Shown one piece after another: positions 12,372 to 25,444 of a DNA stretch of 64,000 nt. Both the position numbers and the translations under genes were made by a program. The stretch lies in NCBI RefSeq assembly GCF_039654945.1, contig NW_027361872.1:8184001-8248000 (forward strand). Direction: 5' to 3'. The first letter of the stretch is position 1, and the number at the start of each line of letters is the position of its first letter. This DNA is from Dendrobates tinctorius. Taxonomy: Eukaryota. Under the pieces are notes generated by a model. It had not been told where the DNA came from, searched no databases, and saw only the letters and a list, made by a program, of their open reading frames with translations.

Positions 12372-12995
12372 AAGAGGTGAGTAAATCTGGAAAAATTCTA
12401 ATTCGCCAAATCGTGCAGATTTTCACAGTAGATTCTGTTGACAGCAAGTTATTCTCTGCTATTTGAAAGTTCCTTATGATACTTTGGAGTGTCTCCAGAC
12501 CCAAGAGCAAAGTACAATTAAGATTTATAAAAATGAAAAAAAAAATATCTCCTTATCCCTCACCTTTCAGATTGTACTGCTGCTCACTGCCCATTAATTG
12601 GTCATCAGGGTCTCTTCTTTCCACTGTTACATGTCACATATCCAGTATATTCACTCTAGAACAGGACTACTGGCCTCAACAAAACTTTGGACATCCCTGT
12701 TTGTGACGTCTTGATGTCATGATGTGTACTGCAACCTTACGACGTGATCATCAATGCCTGTTCATAGCCAGAAATTGAATTCTAGAGTAAAGACACCTGA
12801 GGTGCGATGCATGAAAGTGAAGAAATGAGGCCTTAAGGATCACATGGCTGGTAGTGACCAGTGGGCCACAGGAGAAGCGAAGGGTCAAGTATTACTTTTG
12901 AGGCTTCTTTTGACCACCATTTTAATGAATTTGCATACAGTGAACTAGAAAAAAATACATATTCAAATCCATTTAAATATATTTGCCTATCTTTA
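12372..12995. mobile_element. Old hAT MITE, similar to 33958-34468
   Basis: Degenerate TIR aagaggtgagtaaat/atttgcctatcttta; TSD ataataac/atagtaac (7/8). Confidence 0.5.
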
Positions 12996-13153
12996 ATAGT
13001 AACATCCTTGGGACTACTAATCAGAAGAAGCACTGGAGATGGTAAAATTAGTTGGAGGTTTGCAGAGCTACAACAGAATACCAGTTTGATTACTTAACCA
13101 CAGACCGGTGAATCTCTTTGCACAGCGTTAGAGTAGATTTTTTTAGCCTCTTA

Positions 13154-13547
13154 GGCTACTTTCACACTTGCGTTTTTTTGTGCTGCGCTGCGTGCTCAGT
13201 GCAAATGCACATAAAAGACGCATCATGCGTTTTTATGCGTTTTCTTGTTTTTTGTGCATGGTCTTTGCAAAAAAAGCATGCTTTTTTTGTGCATTACCAT
13301 GCTCACGCCAGCGCTCCCATAGACTTTAATGTGTTTTTGGGTGAATTTCGTGCGCATGTGTTTTTATGAGACAGGTCGGACGCACAAAAAATGCAACAGG
13401 ATGCATTTTGTGCGCCCGAGCGCACACTACAAAAAAACGCATGCGCATAAAAATGCATACAAACGCATGACAATGCGCACCCATGTTAAGTATAGGAAAA
13501 AAAACGAATGCGCATTTATGCGCAAAAACGCAAGAGTGAAAGTAGTC
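13154..13547. mobile_element. PIF/Harbinger-type MITE
   Basis: TIR ggctactttcacacttgcgttttt/aaaaacgcaagagtgaaagtagtc; TSD TTA. Confidence 0.85.
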
Positions 13548-13745
13548 TTAGATATCATTTTGCAACATCACTGTGCCATCCATAACTGTATGATTGCACT
13601 CATGTTTCAAGAACTCAATATATGTTTATTGTAATACATAGTACTCATCTAAACAGAAATTAATGTGAAACTGAAAAATGGAGGATCCTCTCTTGGAAAT
13701 CCTGAGATTGCACCAGTGAAGGTCTCAACCCAAAGGTAACCATTA

Positions 13746-14205
13746 AGGCCCCATCTCACATAGCGAGAACACTAGCGAGATCGCTGACGTGTCACCAATT
13801 TTGTGATGCAACAGCGATCTCGCCAGTGATCTCGTTACATGTGACACAAAGCGGCCACCGGCCCCCCCGCTGGATATCGCTGATCGTGCTCGAATGTCCC
13901 GGGCCATTTTTTCATCGTCAGCGTCCCGCTGGCCAGCGCGTATTACTGTGTTTGAAGCCGACGAGCGACCTCATTGGCGACGCAGAACTCAGGGTCGCAG
14001 GCTGGAATCGTTCAGAATAGCTGATGTGTGACGACGCACCAGCGATCCTTACCAGGTCGTAACGTTGTCGGGATCGCTGGTGCGTCGTTGAAGAGATCTG
14101 CCTGTTTGGTAGCTTACTAGTGACCATGCAGCGATACACCAGCGATCCCTACCAGGTCATATCGTTGTCGGGATCGCTGGTGCGTCGCTATGTGAAACGG
14201 GACCC
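13746..14205. mobile_element. PIF/Harbinger-type MITE, AGCGAT-rich family
   Basis: TIR aggccccatctcacatagcg/cgctatgtgaaacgggaccc; TSD TTA. Same family as 32619-33024 and 50186-59522. Confidence 0.85.
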
Positions 14206-15635
14206 TTACTCTCTAAACAGTCACTCAACATTTGCTACACAAATAATAAGCCAGGCAACTTTGATCAAATCAAAATTGCTGGTGTAAAGAACTTTAATTT
14301 TAAAAGGAACCGGTCACCAGATTCATCCTGCTCAAACCACAGACAGCACGAGTCAGACACAGCCAGGTATGTTTTACTCTAAAATTACGCTATTTCAGAG
14401 TAAACATAGGTTAACATCAGGAGTTTGTGAAGTCACATAGGAAGACCATTGTGGTATTCAACGTTCTACAATAGAGCAAATGATTTCACATTAAGCAGGA
14501 TCTACTAAACAGTATATATGAAGCAGATGCTCATTATTTTTCCTAGTTTTATTTTATCGTCAACAGTAAAAAAAGTAAAAGAAGAAAGAGAATAAAGTTA
14601 CTGTTGAAGGAGATTGTTGATTTACTGTCTCTCACCTGCATTGAACTCTGTGTAGGGATAATTATATTCCTATACGGATGGTAAAAAATGCTATGAAATG
14701 TTCTAGGGCTGCAGTCACAGTAAACATGTGTGTGTGGGTGGATGTAAGATGTGGAAAAATGATAATCTCCAGGTAATACTGACCACAATTATGTGAGCAT
14801 CTTCAAAACAAGATACAGAAGGAAAAATAAACCTTTCCATGCTATTACCGTATATCACAGCAGCCCAGCATTTTATGTAGTTTCATATGGATGTGTTTAT
14901 ATGTATAAGGGTGTGCATATGTGCATATGTGTGTATTTATGTGTAAGTCTGAGTGTGGATGTGTGCATGTACATGTGTATACATATGTGTGTATATGTGT
15001 ATGATAGATAGATGAAATCAAATTAAAATTGGCCCGATTGCATCCTTAGCAGTTACCTATCTACCGTGTATTACACATTGTGCCAAATTATGATGCAAAT
15101 GCTAATTTTCTCTGATTTTCCTAAATGGTTGCTCCAAATTAGTCAGTACAACGTTCAAATCACCAACCGTTAGAGGATAAATAACATTTTATTGGACAAA
15201 CCTTCCAATAATAACCAAACAAAAACTGAGAAAACTCATTATGCACTGTTCCAAATTATTCTGCACAACAAAGTTTCAAACATTTTATAGGGTGTAAAGA
15301 ACTGAAAATTGGTAATTTCTTGAAATTGCATCAGGAGGTCATATTTACTGAGCTCAAAAGCTTTTTCAATCAAAAACATCTTAATGGGCAAAGTTACATG
15401 TTAGCATAGGCCCTCTTCTTTGATATCACCTTCACAATTCTTGAATACATTGAACTTGTAGGTTTTTGGAGAGTTTCTGCTTGTATTTATTTGCAGGAAG
15501 TCAGAATCGCCTCCCAAAGCTGCTGTTTTGATGTGAACGGCTTCCCACCCTCATAGATCTTCTGCTTGAGGATACTTCAAAGGTTCTCAAAAGGGTTGCG
15601 GTCTGGGAAGGATGGTGGCCACCCCAAGAGTTTCT

Positions 15636-16192
15636 TGTCAGCGACGGGATTTCTTCTGTTATGATCCAACCTGAGACATTGCTATAGCTTAGGTACCTAA
15701 GGAATGAAGAAATAAAAAGACAGGCACATTGTTGTCTGTCCGAAAAGTCTTTGCTTATTATTGGATATGGTCCTCTTTTATAGGGCAAGGCCAAAAGGAA
15801 TTGAGATATTACATAATAGTATGGCAGAAATATTAGTTATCCATTTGCTTGTCAAACACATCCTGGGACACAAGATGGATTATATGGAGGGATGTGGGGG
15901 AACTTTCCATATGCCAAAATGACCCAGTTCAAAAGTTGAAGTTCCCAGAAAGAATTGGGCTGAATCCACAGAATTTTGGGTTGTCATCCTATATTAAGAT
16001 AAAAATTGGAATAAACAACTTGTCCTTGACTAATTTCTGGGAATTGTGAAATAGAACATCAGGCCATAAGAATGTGTGTGCACAGACACATATCATAACC
16101 AAATGGGACATAGGTCATTCTTGCATAAGACTATTTTCTTCATATTTTCTTCAGTTTAAGGAATAGAACAGAAATGAACTATTTCTTTGACA
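15636..16192. mobile_element. Solo LTR (557 bp) inserted in the Tc1 transposase
   Basis: TGTCA...TGACA termini with 4-bp flanks ttct/tcct. The Tc1 sequence resumes seamlessly across it (gagtttct|ctcctttt). Confidence 0.6.
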
Positions 16193-16843
16193 TCCTCTCC
16201 TTTTATGCCAATAGCAGCAAATGACTCTGAAGTATTCTTTGCAATTTGAGATGGTGCATGGTCATGCATGAAGAGGATTTTGCTATGGATGGCACAGTTT
16301 TTCTTTTTGTACCGTGGAATAAAGTGGTCAGTCAGATACTCTATAAACTTTTCTGAGGTCATTTTCACACCTTCAGTGACACTAAAGGGTCTACCAGCTC
16401 TCTCCACATGATTCTAGCCCAAAACATGACTCTGCCACCTTCCTGCTGACGTCACAGGCTTGATGGGACATGGTGGACATTCACCAACCAACCACTACTC
16501 CATCCAACTGGACCATTCAATGCTGCATGGCACTCATCAGTTTTAAAATTAGTCTTCATGTTTGCCTAGGTCCACTGCAACTGTTTCTGCTTGTGAGTAC
16601 TGTTTAGTACTGTTGTATAATAGGTTCATGCACAATTGACTCTAGAGGATCCTTGAGGTTCTCAGGACTCGAGAGGCATCAGCAGCTTCAAATACCTGTT
16701 TGTTGCTTTGTAATGGTATTTTAGCAGCTGCTCTTTTAAACCAATGAATTTTCTGGCAGGAACCTTCCTCCTTATGCCTTTTTCTGCACCAACCCATCTT
16801 TGCTCTTTAACAACCACAGATCTGTTTACAGTATGGTGATCAC

Positions 16844-17154
16844 TAGCGATGAGCGAGTATACTCGTTGCTCGGGTTTTCCCAAGCATGCTCGGCTGTCCT
16901 CCGAGTATTTTGGCGGGCTCGATGATTTAGTTTGTGTCGATGCAGCTACATGATTTGCAGCTGCTGGACAGCCTAAATAATGTGAGGAATGCCTGTTTGT
17001 TAGGGAATCCTCACATGTATTCAGGCTGTCCAGTAGCCGCAAATCATGCAGCTGCGTCGACACAAACTAAATCTCCAAGCATGCCAAAATACTCAGAGGA
17101 CACCCGAGCATGCTCGGGGAAAACCCGAGCAACAAGTATACTCGCTCATCACTA
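16844..17154. mobile_element. Hairpin hAT MITE
   Basis: Almost fully palindromic. TIR tagcgatgagcgagtatact/agtatactcgctcatcacta with perfect TSD GTGATCAC. Confidence 0.9.
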
Positions 17155-17917
17155 GTGATCACGCTGTTCATGTGTTCATACCTTATTCAAGGCATTGCGC
17201 TATTTGATGCTTTTCGGCAGCAGACAGATCGATTTTATTTCCCATATTGCATGAAATCTGTGGAATGTCCTTCTTAAGTAGAGTTCCTGTAATTGGGCAC
17301 CTGGCAAACTAATTATCACAGGTGTTTGAGATTGATATCAGTAATCCAGTGATCCCTGAGACATAAACCACCTATGAGATTATCTGAAAAACAACAAATT
17401 ACATCTTTATGGCGCTTAAATCCAATTTGCATAATAATTTGGGACGCCTTTGCTTTGAAATCTTGAGATCTTCAGATCGATGCTGAAAGATGATATTTAG
17501 GTTGAAGGATTTTTATTTATAATGGTTTTGACATTATTAACGAGGGTTAGGTTAGTGATCAGGGGATTTTAGCAATAGCATAGTTAGATTCTCCTCCAGT
17601 ACTTCAGCTGCTGATGTCAGAGAATGTCTCCCATTGACAGTAACTGTAGCAGTCATCTATTGTCCTGCTCAGTACTCATGTCAACAAAAAAGTCCAAGGC
17701 TGATGTGATCAAAGAAGCAGACATATATCAGTGGGCTCAAGAGGATGTGACACTTCCAGGCAGTCCGAGAAAGATCTATTATCCATCATCGTGCTACTTA
17801 TTGGAGTTGAGGAAAGGATTCATACAACCCTTGTCAGTGACCACAATGTTACTCAATGGCAATCAAATAAGAGTACCACAAGCTTCCTACTAAATTACTT
17901 GTTAATCGTTTTGCTCA

Positions 17918-17944
17918 TCTATCTATTATCTATCTATCTCTCTC

Positions 17945-17989
<45 letters not shown>

Positions 17990-18405
17990 TATCTATTTAT
18001 CTATCCTTCTATCTATCTATTATTTATCATCTATTTGTTATCTATCTATAATACAGGTGCAGAACTAGCAGAGACAAAAATTACAAAATTGGATGCAAAA
18101 TAAAACCTCTCAGGCAAAACCAAACCTTAAAATATCCAAAAGAGAAAAAGGCAGCACTCCATAGTCCTATATGGAATGGTTTATTGACCCATCATGCTAG
18201 GGCAACATTTCGTTTCAAGTGCGAAACTTTTTCAAGCTTGAAGAAGTTCCGCAGTTGGAACAAAATGTTGCCCTAGCATGATGGGTCAATAAACCATTCC
18301 ATATAGGACTATGGAGTGCTGCCTTTTTTCTTTTAGATATCTATCTAAATATCTATCTATCTATCTATCTATCTATCCTATATTTATCAAATTATTTATC
18401 TATCT
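17918..18405. repeat. (TATC)n microsatellite interrupted by non-repeat sequence that includes a palindromic insert
   Basis: TATC runs at ~17918-18049 and ~18338-18405. Confidence 0.9.
18132..18340. mobile_element. Head-to-head palindrome of a Penelope-like pseudo-LTR fragment with hammerhead-like motifs
   Basis: ~105-bp arms centred on AAGCTT (18234-18239). Each arm reads CTTGAARAA-GTTYC-loop-GRAAC-RAAATGTTG, followed by AATAAA and GAGTGC. Confidence 0.6.
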
Positions 18406-19038
18406 TTCATATAAATATAAGTTTTACATTTTCTTATTAATGTATTGCTAAATATAATTTTATGTATTAGTAAAACTCCTGTGTCAGAGATAAGTCCATA
18501 TAAAGTATCTAGTACCAGGATTTATTCTTTGCTTTCATCTCCACTTATTTTTTTTTGTCTTACAATATCGTGCGCTCCTTAGCTATAATTCTTGGTAAAA
18601 GTGTAAGAAATGCGACCAGACTTCTGTTATATTCATGAGAATGGGCAGAGTGATTAGACACTGCATCCAATTGTAATATCTATGGCTGAAATGCTCCTTT
18701 GTGATCTATTCATGCTGCAGCAGAATAACACATAATACATAAAATGGGCTAAAATGGCAATAAAGTAGCTCAATTAAGTCTCCCACAAAAGGCCGTTAGA
18801 TCATAACCTGACAAATTCCATTCAACTTCCACTGTTTATTACCTCCACAATGGCCGGTAATAGTCAATATAATAAATAATCTGGAAATGTCATGGCTGAG
18901 GGACGGTATTTAGAAGAACACATTGAACAGATCGGGCAGAGTCTAACTGGCTGTCAACACAGTGATTTCTACCAGAATTCTGATGCAACAATGTAACATA
19001 AAATCTCATGCGTGATCCTATATAAATCTAGGGTTTAA

Positions 19039-19629
19039 AGGGAATCTGTCACTTTTTTTGGACTATCAGCTGCCGGCATTGACATCAGGGGCTTATCTAA
19101 AGCAATCTGTAATGCTGTAGGTAAGCCCCCGATGTAACCTGAAAGATAAGAAAAACACGTTAGATTATACTCACCGGAGGGGGCGGTCCGGTTCGATGAG
19201 TGTCGTGTTCAGTCAGGCACCTCCCATCTTCATACAATGCCATCCTCTTCTTCCCTTCCTGTCGTGGCTCTGACACAGGCACACTGCTCTGCCCTGTGGA
19301 GGGCAGAGCAGAGCCCTGCTGTGCGCACGTGTCGAGAGAGGTCTGGCGCCTGCGCACTGCAGTATTCTGCTCTGCCCTCAACAGGGCAGAACAGTGCGCC
19401 TGTGCCAGGGCCACTACAGGAAGGGAAGAAAAGGACGGCATTGTATGAAGATGGGAGGCACCGGACCGGACCGCAACACCCATAGGACCGGACGCCGGGG
19501 TGAGTATAATCTAACGTGTTTTTCTTATCTTTCTGGTTACATCAGGGGCTTATCTACAGCATTACAGAATGCTGTAGATAAGCCCCTGATGTCAATGCCG
19601 GCAGGGCAAAAAAGGGTGACAGATTCCCT
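19039..19629. mobile_element. Kolobok/T2-type palindromic MITE
   Basis: TIR agggaatctgtcac/gtgacagattccct with TTAA on both sides; long internal dyad symmetry. Confidence 0.88.
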
Positions 19630-20432
19630 TTAAAAGAAAACTGAAAATTAATCTGGCACCTGATTCCAACACAAAAATTTCAGATAATCTGATAGAAATT
19701 AGAAGATGAAGTAAAAACAGACAAATGAAAGTAAAAGTGATATTCAACATTATTGATCATTTATTATTGTAAATATATCCTTATTATAAACACAAATAAA
19801 ATTTTTGGGCAGATTTTTATTGTAGTTTCATCTCATTTCTAATTCTTGATGCAACAGATTATTGGAGCTTTTTACATATCTTCCAAATATTTTAGCTTAG
19901 TTTGAAAGAATCGTGAATTTTTACAACAATCTCACTACTTTGCGACTTTGAGTTTGGGAGTGACTAGTAAAATGTTCCATGCATCATTTTGGCTAGCAAA
20001 CACGTAATATACATCACTGATATAGGCTCATTGGTATACGGTGGTCTCGAGACCATTGTTTAGTAAATCTAATTTGAAATCTGGAAGATCATTAGTGATT
20101 GTTCTGAGTTCTCAGGGATAAGCAATAGTAGTGGTGATAGTAGTAGTAGTAGTGATCATAAAAGTGGTGGAAGTTAGTAATGATAATAGTAGTAGAGGTA
20201 GTAGTTGTAGAGATAACTGTAGTAATGGTGTTAGTAGTAGGAGACTGTGGTAGTTGTAGTAGTGATACTAATAGTAGTAAATGCAGCACTAAGTACGGGG
20301 TCACACAAGCGTATAACATTGCCAAGTGCTATGTGATGTTTAGAATCATAGAATCATAGAATCATAGAATCGTAGAGTTGGAAGGGACCTCCTGGGCCAT
20401 CTGGTCCAACCCCCTGCTCAAAGCAGGATTCG

Positions 20433-23200
20433 CTAAATCATCCCAGTCAGATGTCTGTCCAGCCTCTGTTTGAAGACTTCCATTGAAGGAGAACTCACCA
20501 CTTCTCGTGGCAGCCTGTTCCACTCATTGATCACTCTAACTGTCAAAAAGTTTTTTCTAATATCTGATCTGTGTCTCCTCCCATTCAGTTTCATCCCATT
20601 GCTTCTAGTCTTTCCTTGTGCAAATGAGAATAAAGTTGATCCTTCTACAATGTGACAGCCCTTTAGATATTTGTAGACAGCTATTAAGTCTCCTCTCAGT
20701 CTTCTCTTTTGCAAACTAAACATTCCCAAATCCTGCAACCTTTCCTCATAAGACAGGGTTTGCAGACCGGTCACCATTCTGGTCGCTCTTTTCTGAACTT
20801 GCTCCAGTTTGTTGATGTCTTTTTTAAAATGTGGTGCCCAAAACTGGACACAATATTCCAGATGAGGTCTGACCAAAGAGGAGTAGAGGGGAAATAATGA
20901 CTTCACGTGATCTAGACTGTATGCTTCTGTTAATACATCCTAGAATTGCATTTGCCTTTTTTGCTGCTGCATCACACTGTTGACTCATATTCAGTCTGTG
21001 ATCTATTAGTATACCCAAGTCTTTTTCACATGTGCTGTCACTTAGCCCTATTCCTCCCACTCTATATATGCTTTTTTCATTTTTATTGCCCAGATGAAGT
21101 ACTTTGCATTTCTCCCTGTTAAAAACCGTTCTGTTAGTTGCTGCCCACTTCTCCAGTTTATTTAAATCTTTTTGAATCCTCTCTCTCTCTTCTCTAGTAT
21201 TAGCTATCCCTCCTAGCTTTGTGTCATCAGCAAATTTAATCAGTTTACCCTCAATTCCTTCATCTAAATCGTTGATAAAGATGTTGAACAATACAGGGCC
21301 CAGGACAGAGCCCTGTGGTACCCCACTTGAGACATTCTTCCAACTGGATGTGCAGCCATTTACGACCACTCTTTGGGTCCGATCACTAAGCCAGTTATGA
21401 ATCCACCTAACAGTTGCCTTGTCCATTTCATACTTAGTCATTTTTTCAATAAGGATTGTATGAGAGACTTTGTCAAATGCTTTGCTGAAGTCAAGATATA
21501 CTATATCTACAGCATTTCCTTGATCCACCCAATCAGTGATACCGTCATAGAAGGAAATTAAGTTAGTCTGACATGACTTATTAGTTACAAACCCATGCTG
21601 ACTCTGTTTAATCACTTCATTCTTATCCAGGTATTGACATACATGTTGTTTAATAATTTGTTCAAAGATCTTTCCTGGTATAGAAGTCAGACTCACCGGC
21701 CTATAGTTTCCTGGGTCCACCTTCTTCCCCTTTTTGAAGATAGGAACAACATTTGCTGTTCTCCAGTCTTCTGGCACTTCTCCTGTTCTCCAAGAATTTT
21801 CAAAGATTATGGAGAGGGGTTCAAAAATTTCTTCTGCTATCTCCTTCAGTACTCTGGGGTGTAATTCATCTGGACCTGGAGACTTGAATTCATTTAGGTT
21901 AGCTAAGTGTTTCCTCACTATCTTTCTGTTTATAGATATCCTGGATTCTTCTATTCCCTTAATAGGACAGTGGATAACAGTTGATGCTGCATTTCCTTTC
22001 TGAGAGAAAACAGATGCAAAATAGGAATTTAAAAGTTCAGCCTTCTCAACATCCTGTCTTACCATTTCATCATTTTCATCCTGTAAAAATCCTATAGCAT
22101 CTTTGACTTTTCTTTTACTTTTGACATATCCCCAAAATCCTTTATTATTGCTTTTGACATCTCTTGCAAGCCTCAGTTCATTTTCAGCTTTAGATAATCT
22201 GATTTGTGCCCTGCAGGTTCTGCAGACAGCATTATATTCTTCTTTAGATATGCCTCCCTCTTTCCATTTTATAAACATTTTTTTCTTCCTTTTTAGCATG
22301 TGCTTAAGTTCTGTGTTCATCCATCCTGGTTTCCTTAAATGCTTCCTATTCTTCCCTCTTTTCGGAATTGTTAACAACTGTGCTTTGAGAATTTCATTTT
22401 TCAAGATTTCCCATCCTTCCTGGACATTTTTGTCTTTAAGGATATCCAGCCATTGGATCCCTCCAATTCTCTTTCTGAATCCCTTAAAATCTGCCTTTCT
22501 GAAATCTAACCTTGACGTCTGAGTCTTCACAGGTCTTCCGCCTCTAGTTATCCAAAATTCTAAAATAGCATGGTCGCTACCTCCTAGGGTCCCAGCCACT
22601 TTTACCTCCTCAACCATTTCCTCCCTGTTTATAAGGATTAGATCCAAGGTAGCAGTTCCCCTTGTTTTCTCCCTTACCTTTTGGAAGATAAAGTTGTCAG
22701 CAAGAGAGGATAAGAATTTCCTTGACCTGTTAGTTTTGCCTGAGAGAGATTCCCAACAAATGTCTGGATAGTTGAAATCTCCCATGACAACTATGTCATA
22801 TTTTTTGGAGAACTTGGCCATCTGATGCATAAAGAGTTCATCCATATCTTCGGCTTGCACAGGCGGCCTGTAGTAAATGCCTACAATGGTGTCCTTTCCA
22901 TTGTTCTGTCCTTGTATTCTTACCCAAACAGTTTCCACAGAACTCCCAGTCTCTGAAGCTTCAATCTCTGTGCAGATATACGCGTTTCGAACATACAATG
23001 CGACACCCCCTCCTCGTTTATCAAGTCTGTTTCTTGCAAATAAGTTGTATCCTTCTAGTCTTGTATTCCAATCATGTGTATTGTCCCACCAAGTTTCAGT
23101 GATTCCAATGACATCATATTTCTTTTCCTGTGTTAGTAGTTCCAATTCTCCTTGTTTGTTGCCCATGCTTTGTGCATTAGTATAGAAACATTTTAGTTTG
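20433..23200 (-). pseudogene. CR1 ORF2 APE + RT, single frameshift near 20890
   Basis: The 780-aa ORF has ITETW, MGDFN, SDH, PGPD, YRPVSL, QHGF, DFSKAFD, GVPQG and FADD. It continues into ORF 20433-20906 (LVRPHLEY, WNRLP). Confidence 0.95.
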
Positions 23201-23345
23201 TGATTGGTTTCTCTTTCTCCAATATTTTTATTAATTAGATTCTTTCGTCTTTGTTCTTCCTTTCCACTTCTAATAGCAGAGTTCTCAATAGCATTTGTCA
23301 GGTGTATGGCTTTTTCTGGTCTTTTGCTTCCCTTCCCATGTTGTT

Positions 23346-24308
23346 CTAGTTTAAAGCTCTCCTTACAAGTGTAGCAAGGCGACTTCCAAATACATGCTTT
23401 CCAGTCTTCGTAAGGTGCACCCCATCTCTAGCAAGTAGTCCATCGTATAAGTAGTTCACTCCGTGATCCAGAAATCCAAATCGTTGCTGACGGCACCATC
23501 GACGTAGCCAGTTGTTCACCTGCAGAATCTTATTCCACCTCCTTGTTCCATGGCCATCCACGGGGAGGATGGAAGAGAAGACCACCTGCGCTCCCAGTTC
23601 TTTCACTTTCTTGCCTAAGTCTTCAAAGTCTCTGCAGATGGTTTCCAGGTCGTTTCTTGCGGTGTCATTTGTCCCCACATGTAGTAGCAGGAATGGGTAG
23701 TCATCTGTAGCTCTGAAGAGTCCTGATATCCTGTCAGACACATCTTTAATTTTTGCACCTGGAAGACAGCACATTTCTCTTGAAGTTATATCCGGTCTGC
23801 AGATAGCGGCCTCTGTTCCTCTCAGCAGGGAATCCCCCATGACCACCACTCTCCGTTTCTTCTTCACAACATTTTTCTTTCTCCATCCAGGAGGACTCTG
23901 AGGGCGTACAAGGTTGCTGTTTGTTGGCAAAGTCTTATCCTGATGTATTTCTTCATCGTTTTCCTGCGTGAGAGCCTGGTACTGGTTTCTGAGCAGTATG
24001 GGTGCTGACTGCCTCCTGATCCTCCTGCTTCTCTGGGTCACATGTCTCCATTCCTCTGCTTCTTCAGGTGCACTTCAAATTTCTTCTCTTTCTGTAACAT
24101 GAAGAGATAATTCTGCTCTGTCCAAGAACTCTTCACCTTCCTTAATGATCTTCAACGTAGCTAACCTCTCTTCGAGATTTTGCAACTTTTCCTCCAACAG
24201 GGACACAAGCTTGCATTTGTGGCATGTGAAGTTTGGCTTTTCCACTGGTAAATCTGTGAACATGTAGCAAGAAATGCAGCTCACCAAATGGCTCCTGGCC
24301 TCTTCCAT
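23346..24308 (-). pseudogene. CR1 ORF1 zinc finger + SGNH esterase, single frameshift near 24075
   Basis: CISC..CHKC followed by a coiled-coil-like segment. MGDSLL, HVGTND and DGVH motifs. Confidence 0.92.
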
Positions 24309-24351
24309 CTTGAGATTTCTTGAAAACGATGAAAGATGACCAAATTTCTGA

Positions 24352-25108
24352 TTTCCTCTTTTCAGCTGCAACGGCCAAAACCCAGTGATCGTTGAGCTCG
24401 CGGAGACTCTTCACTTATCCCAGAAGGCACTGGGAATATGCAAATGATCTCCTCAAGACTCTTCCCCTGGTTTTCCGATTTCCTCTTTTCAGCTGCAACG
24501 GCCAAAACCCAGTGATCGTTGAGCTCGCGGAGACTCTTCACTTATCCCAGAAGGCACTGGGAATATGCAAATGATCTCCTCAAGACTCTTCCCCTGGTTT
24601 TCCGATTTCCTCTTTTCAGCTGCAATGACCAAAACCCAGTGATCGTTGAGCTCGCGGAGACTCTTCACTTATCCCAGAAGGCACTGGGAATATGCAAATG
24701 ATCTTCTCAAGACTCTTCCCCTGGTTTTCCAATTTCCTCTTTTCAGCTGCAACGGCCAAAACCCAGTGATCGTTGAGCTCGCGGAGACTCTTCACTTATC
24801 CCAGAAGGCACTGGGAATATGCAAATGATCTCCTCAAGACTCTTCCCCTGGTTTTCCGATTTCCTCTTTTCAGCTGCAACGACCAAAACCCAGTGATCGT
24901 TGAGCTCGCGGAGACTCTTCACTTATCCCAGAAGGCACTGGGAATATGCAAATGATCTTCTCAAGACTCTTCCCCTGGTTTTCCGATTTCCTCTTTTCAG
25001 CTGCAACGACCAAAACCCAGTGATCGTTGAGCTCGCAGAGACTCTTCACTTATCCCAGAAGGCACTGGGAATATGCAAATGATCTCCTCAAGACTCTTCC
25101 CCTGGTTT
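24352..25108 (-). repeat. CR1 5' UTR tandem repeat, 127-bp unit, ~6 copies
   Basis: Near-identical 60-aa pseudo-ORFs start at 24392, 24519, 24646, 24773 and 24900 (period 127). Confidence 0.95.
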
Positions 25109-25444
25109 TATCGGATAGCACTCGGCCCAGTGTTATACTCTGAGGCAGTGCTAATAAGCGATTATTTTCTTATGCCGATTCGACATGAGAGAACAGTGGC
25201 GGCATACTGCGAATGGCAGCGAGACTCGGCTCACTCGCATCAATACAAATCTATGGGTGTGTGTGAAAGATCGGACTACACTCGGATGTCATACACCGAG
25301 ACAGGCAATGGAGGAGATGGAGAAATTACTCAAGTGAGAGAATAGGAGCACAGAGCCCCGACACTCAGATCACGCCGATAGTTTGAGCCGAGGATCATTA
25401 GCATATTGCATCTGATGCCATACACTGGTCTGATTCCAGCCATA

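Larger units (their letters stand above)
15074..17450 (-). mobile_element. Degraded Tc1-like element carrying two nested insertions
   Basis: TIR-like tgtgccaaattatgatgcaaat / atttgcataataatttggga. Transposase remnant LFMHDHAPSQ in ORF 16156-16407. Confidence 0.65.
20341..25108 (-). mobile_element. Near full-length young CR1 LINE, copy B
   Basis: 3' tail (tagaatca)x3-4, i.e. the classic (ATTCTATG)n on the minus strand. Complete ORF1, ORF2 and tandem 5' UTR. Confidence 0.96.
20293..25440. mobile_element. Harbinger-type MITE split by CR1 copy B (pieces ~20293-20340 and ~25109-25440)
   Basis: Ends ggggtcacacaagcgtat / atacactggtctgattccagcc. The internal dyad gtgctatgtgat|atcggatagcac spans the CR1. 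Confidence 0.6.

Noticed and set aside
24392-25082. Five near-identical 60-aa ORFs (likewise the 61-63-aa ORFs at 51612-52577)
   Set aside because: By-products of tandem repeats, with non-ATG starts and antisense to the host element.
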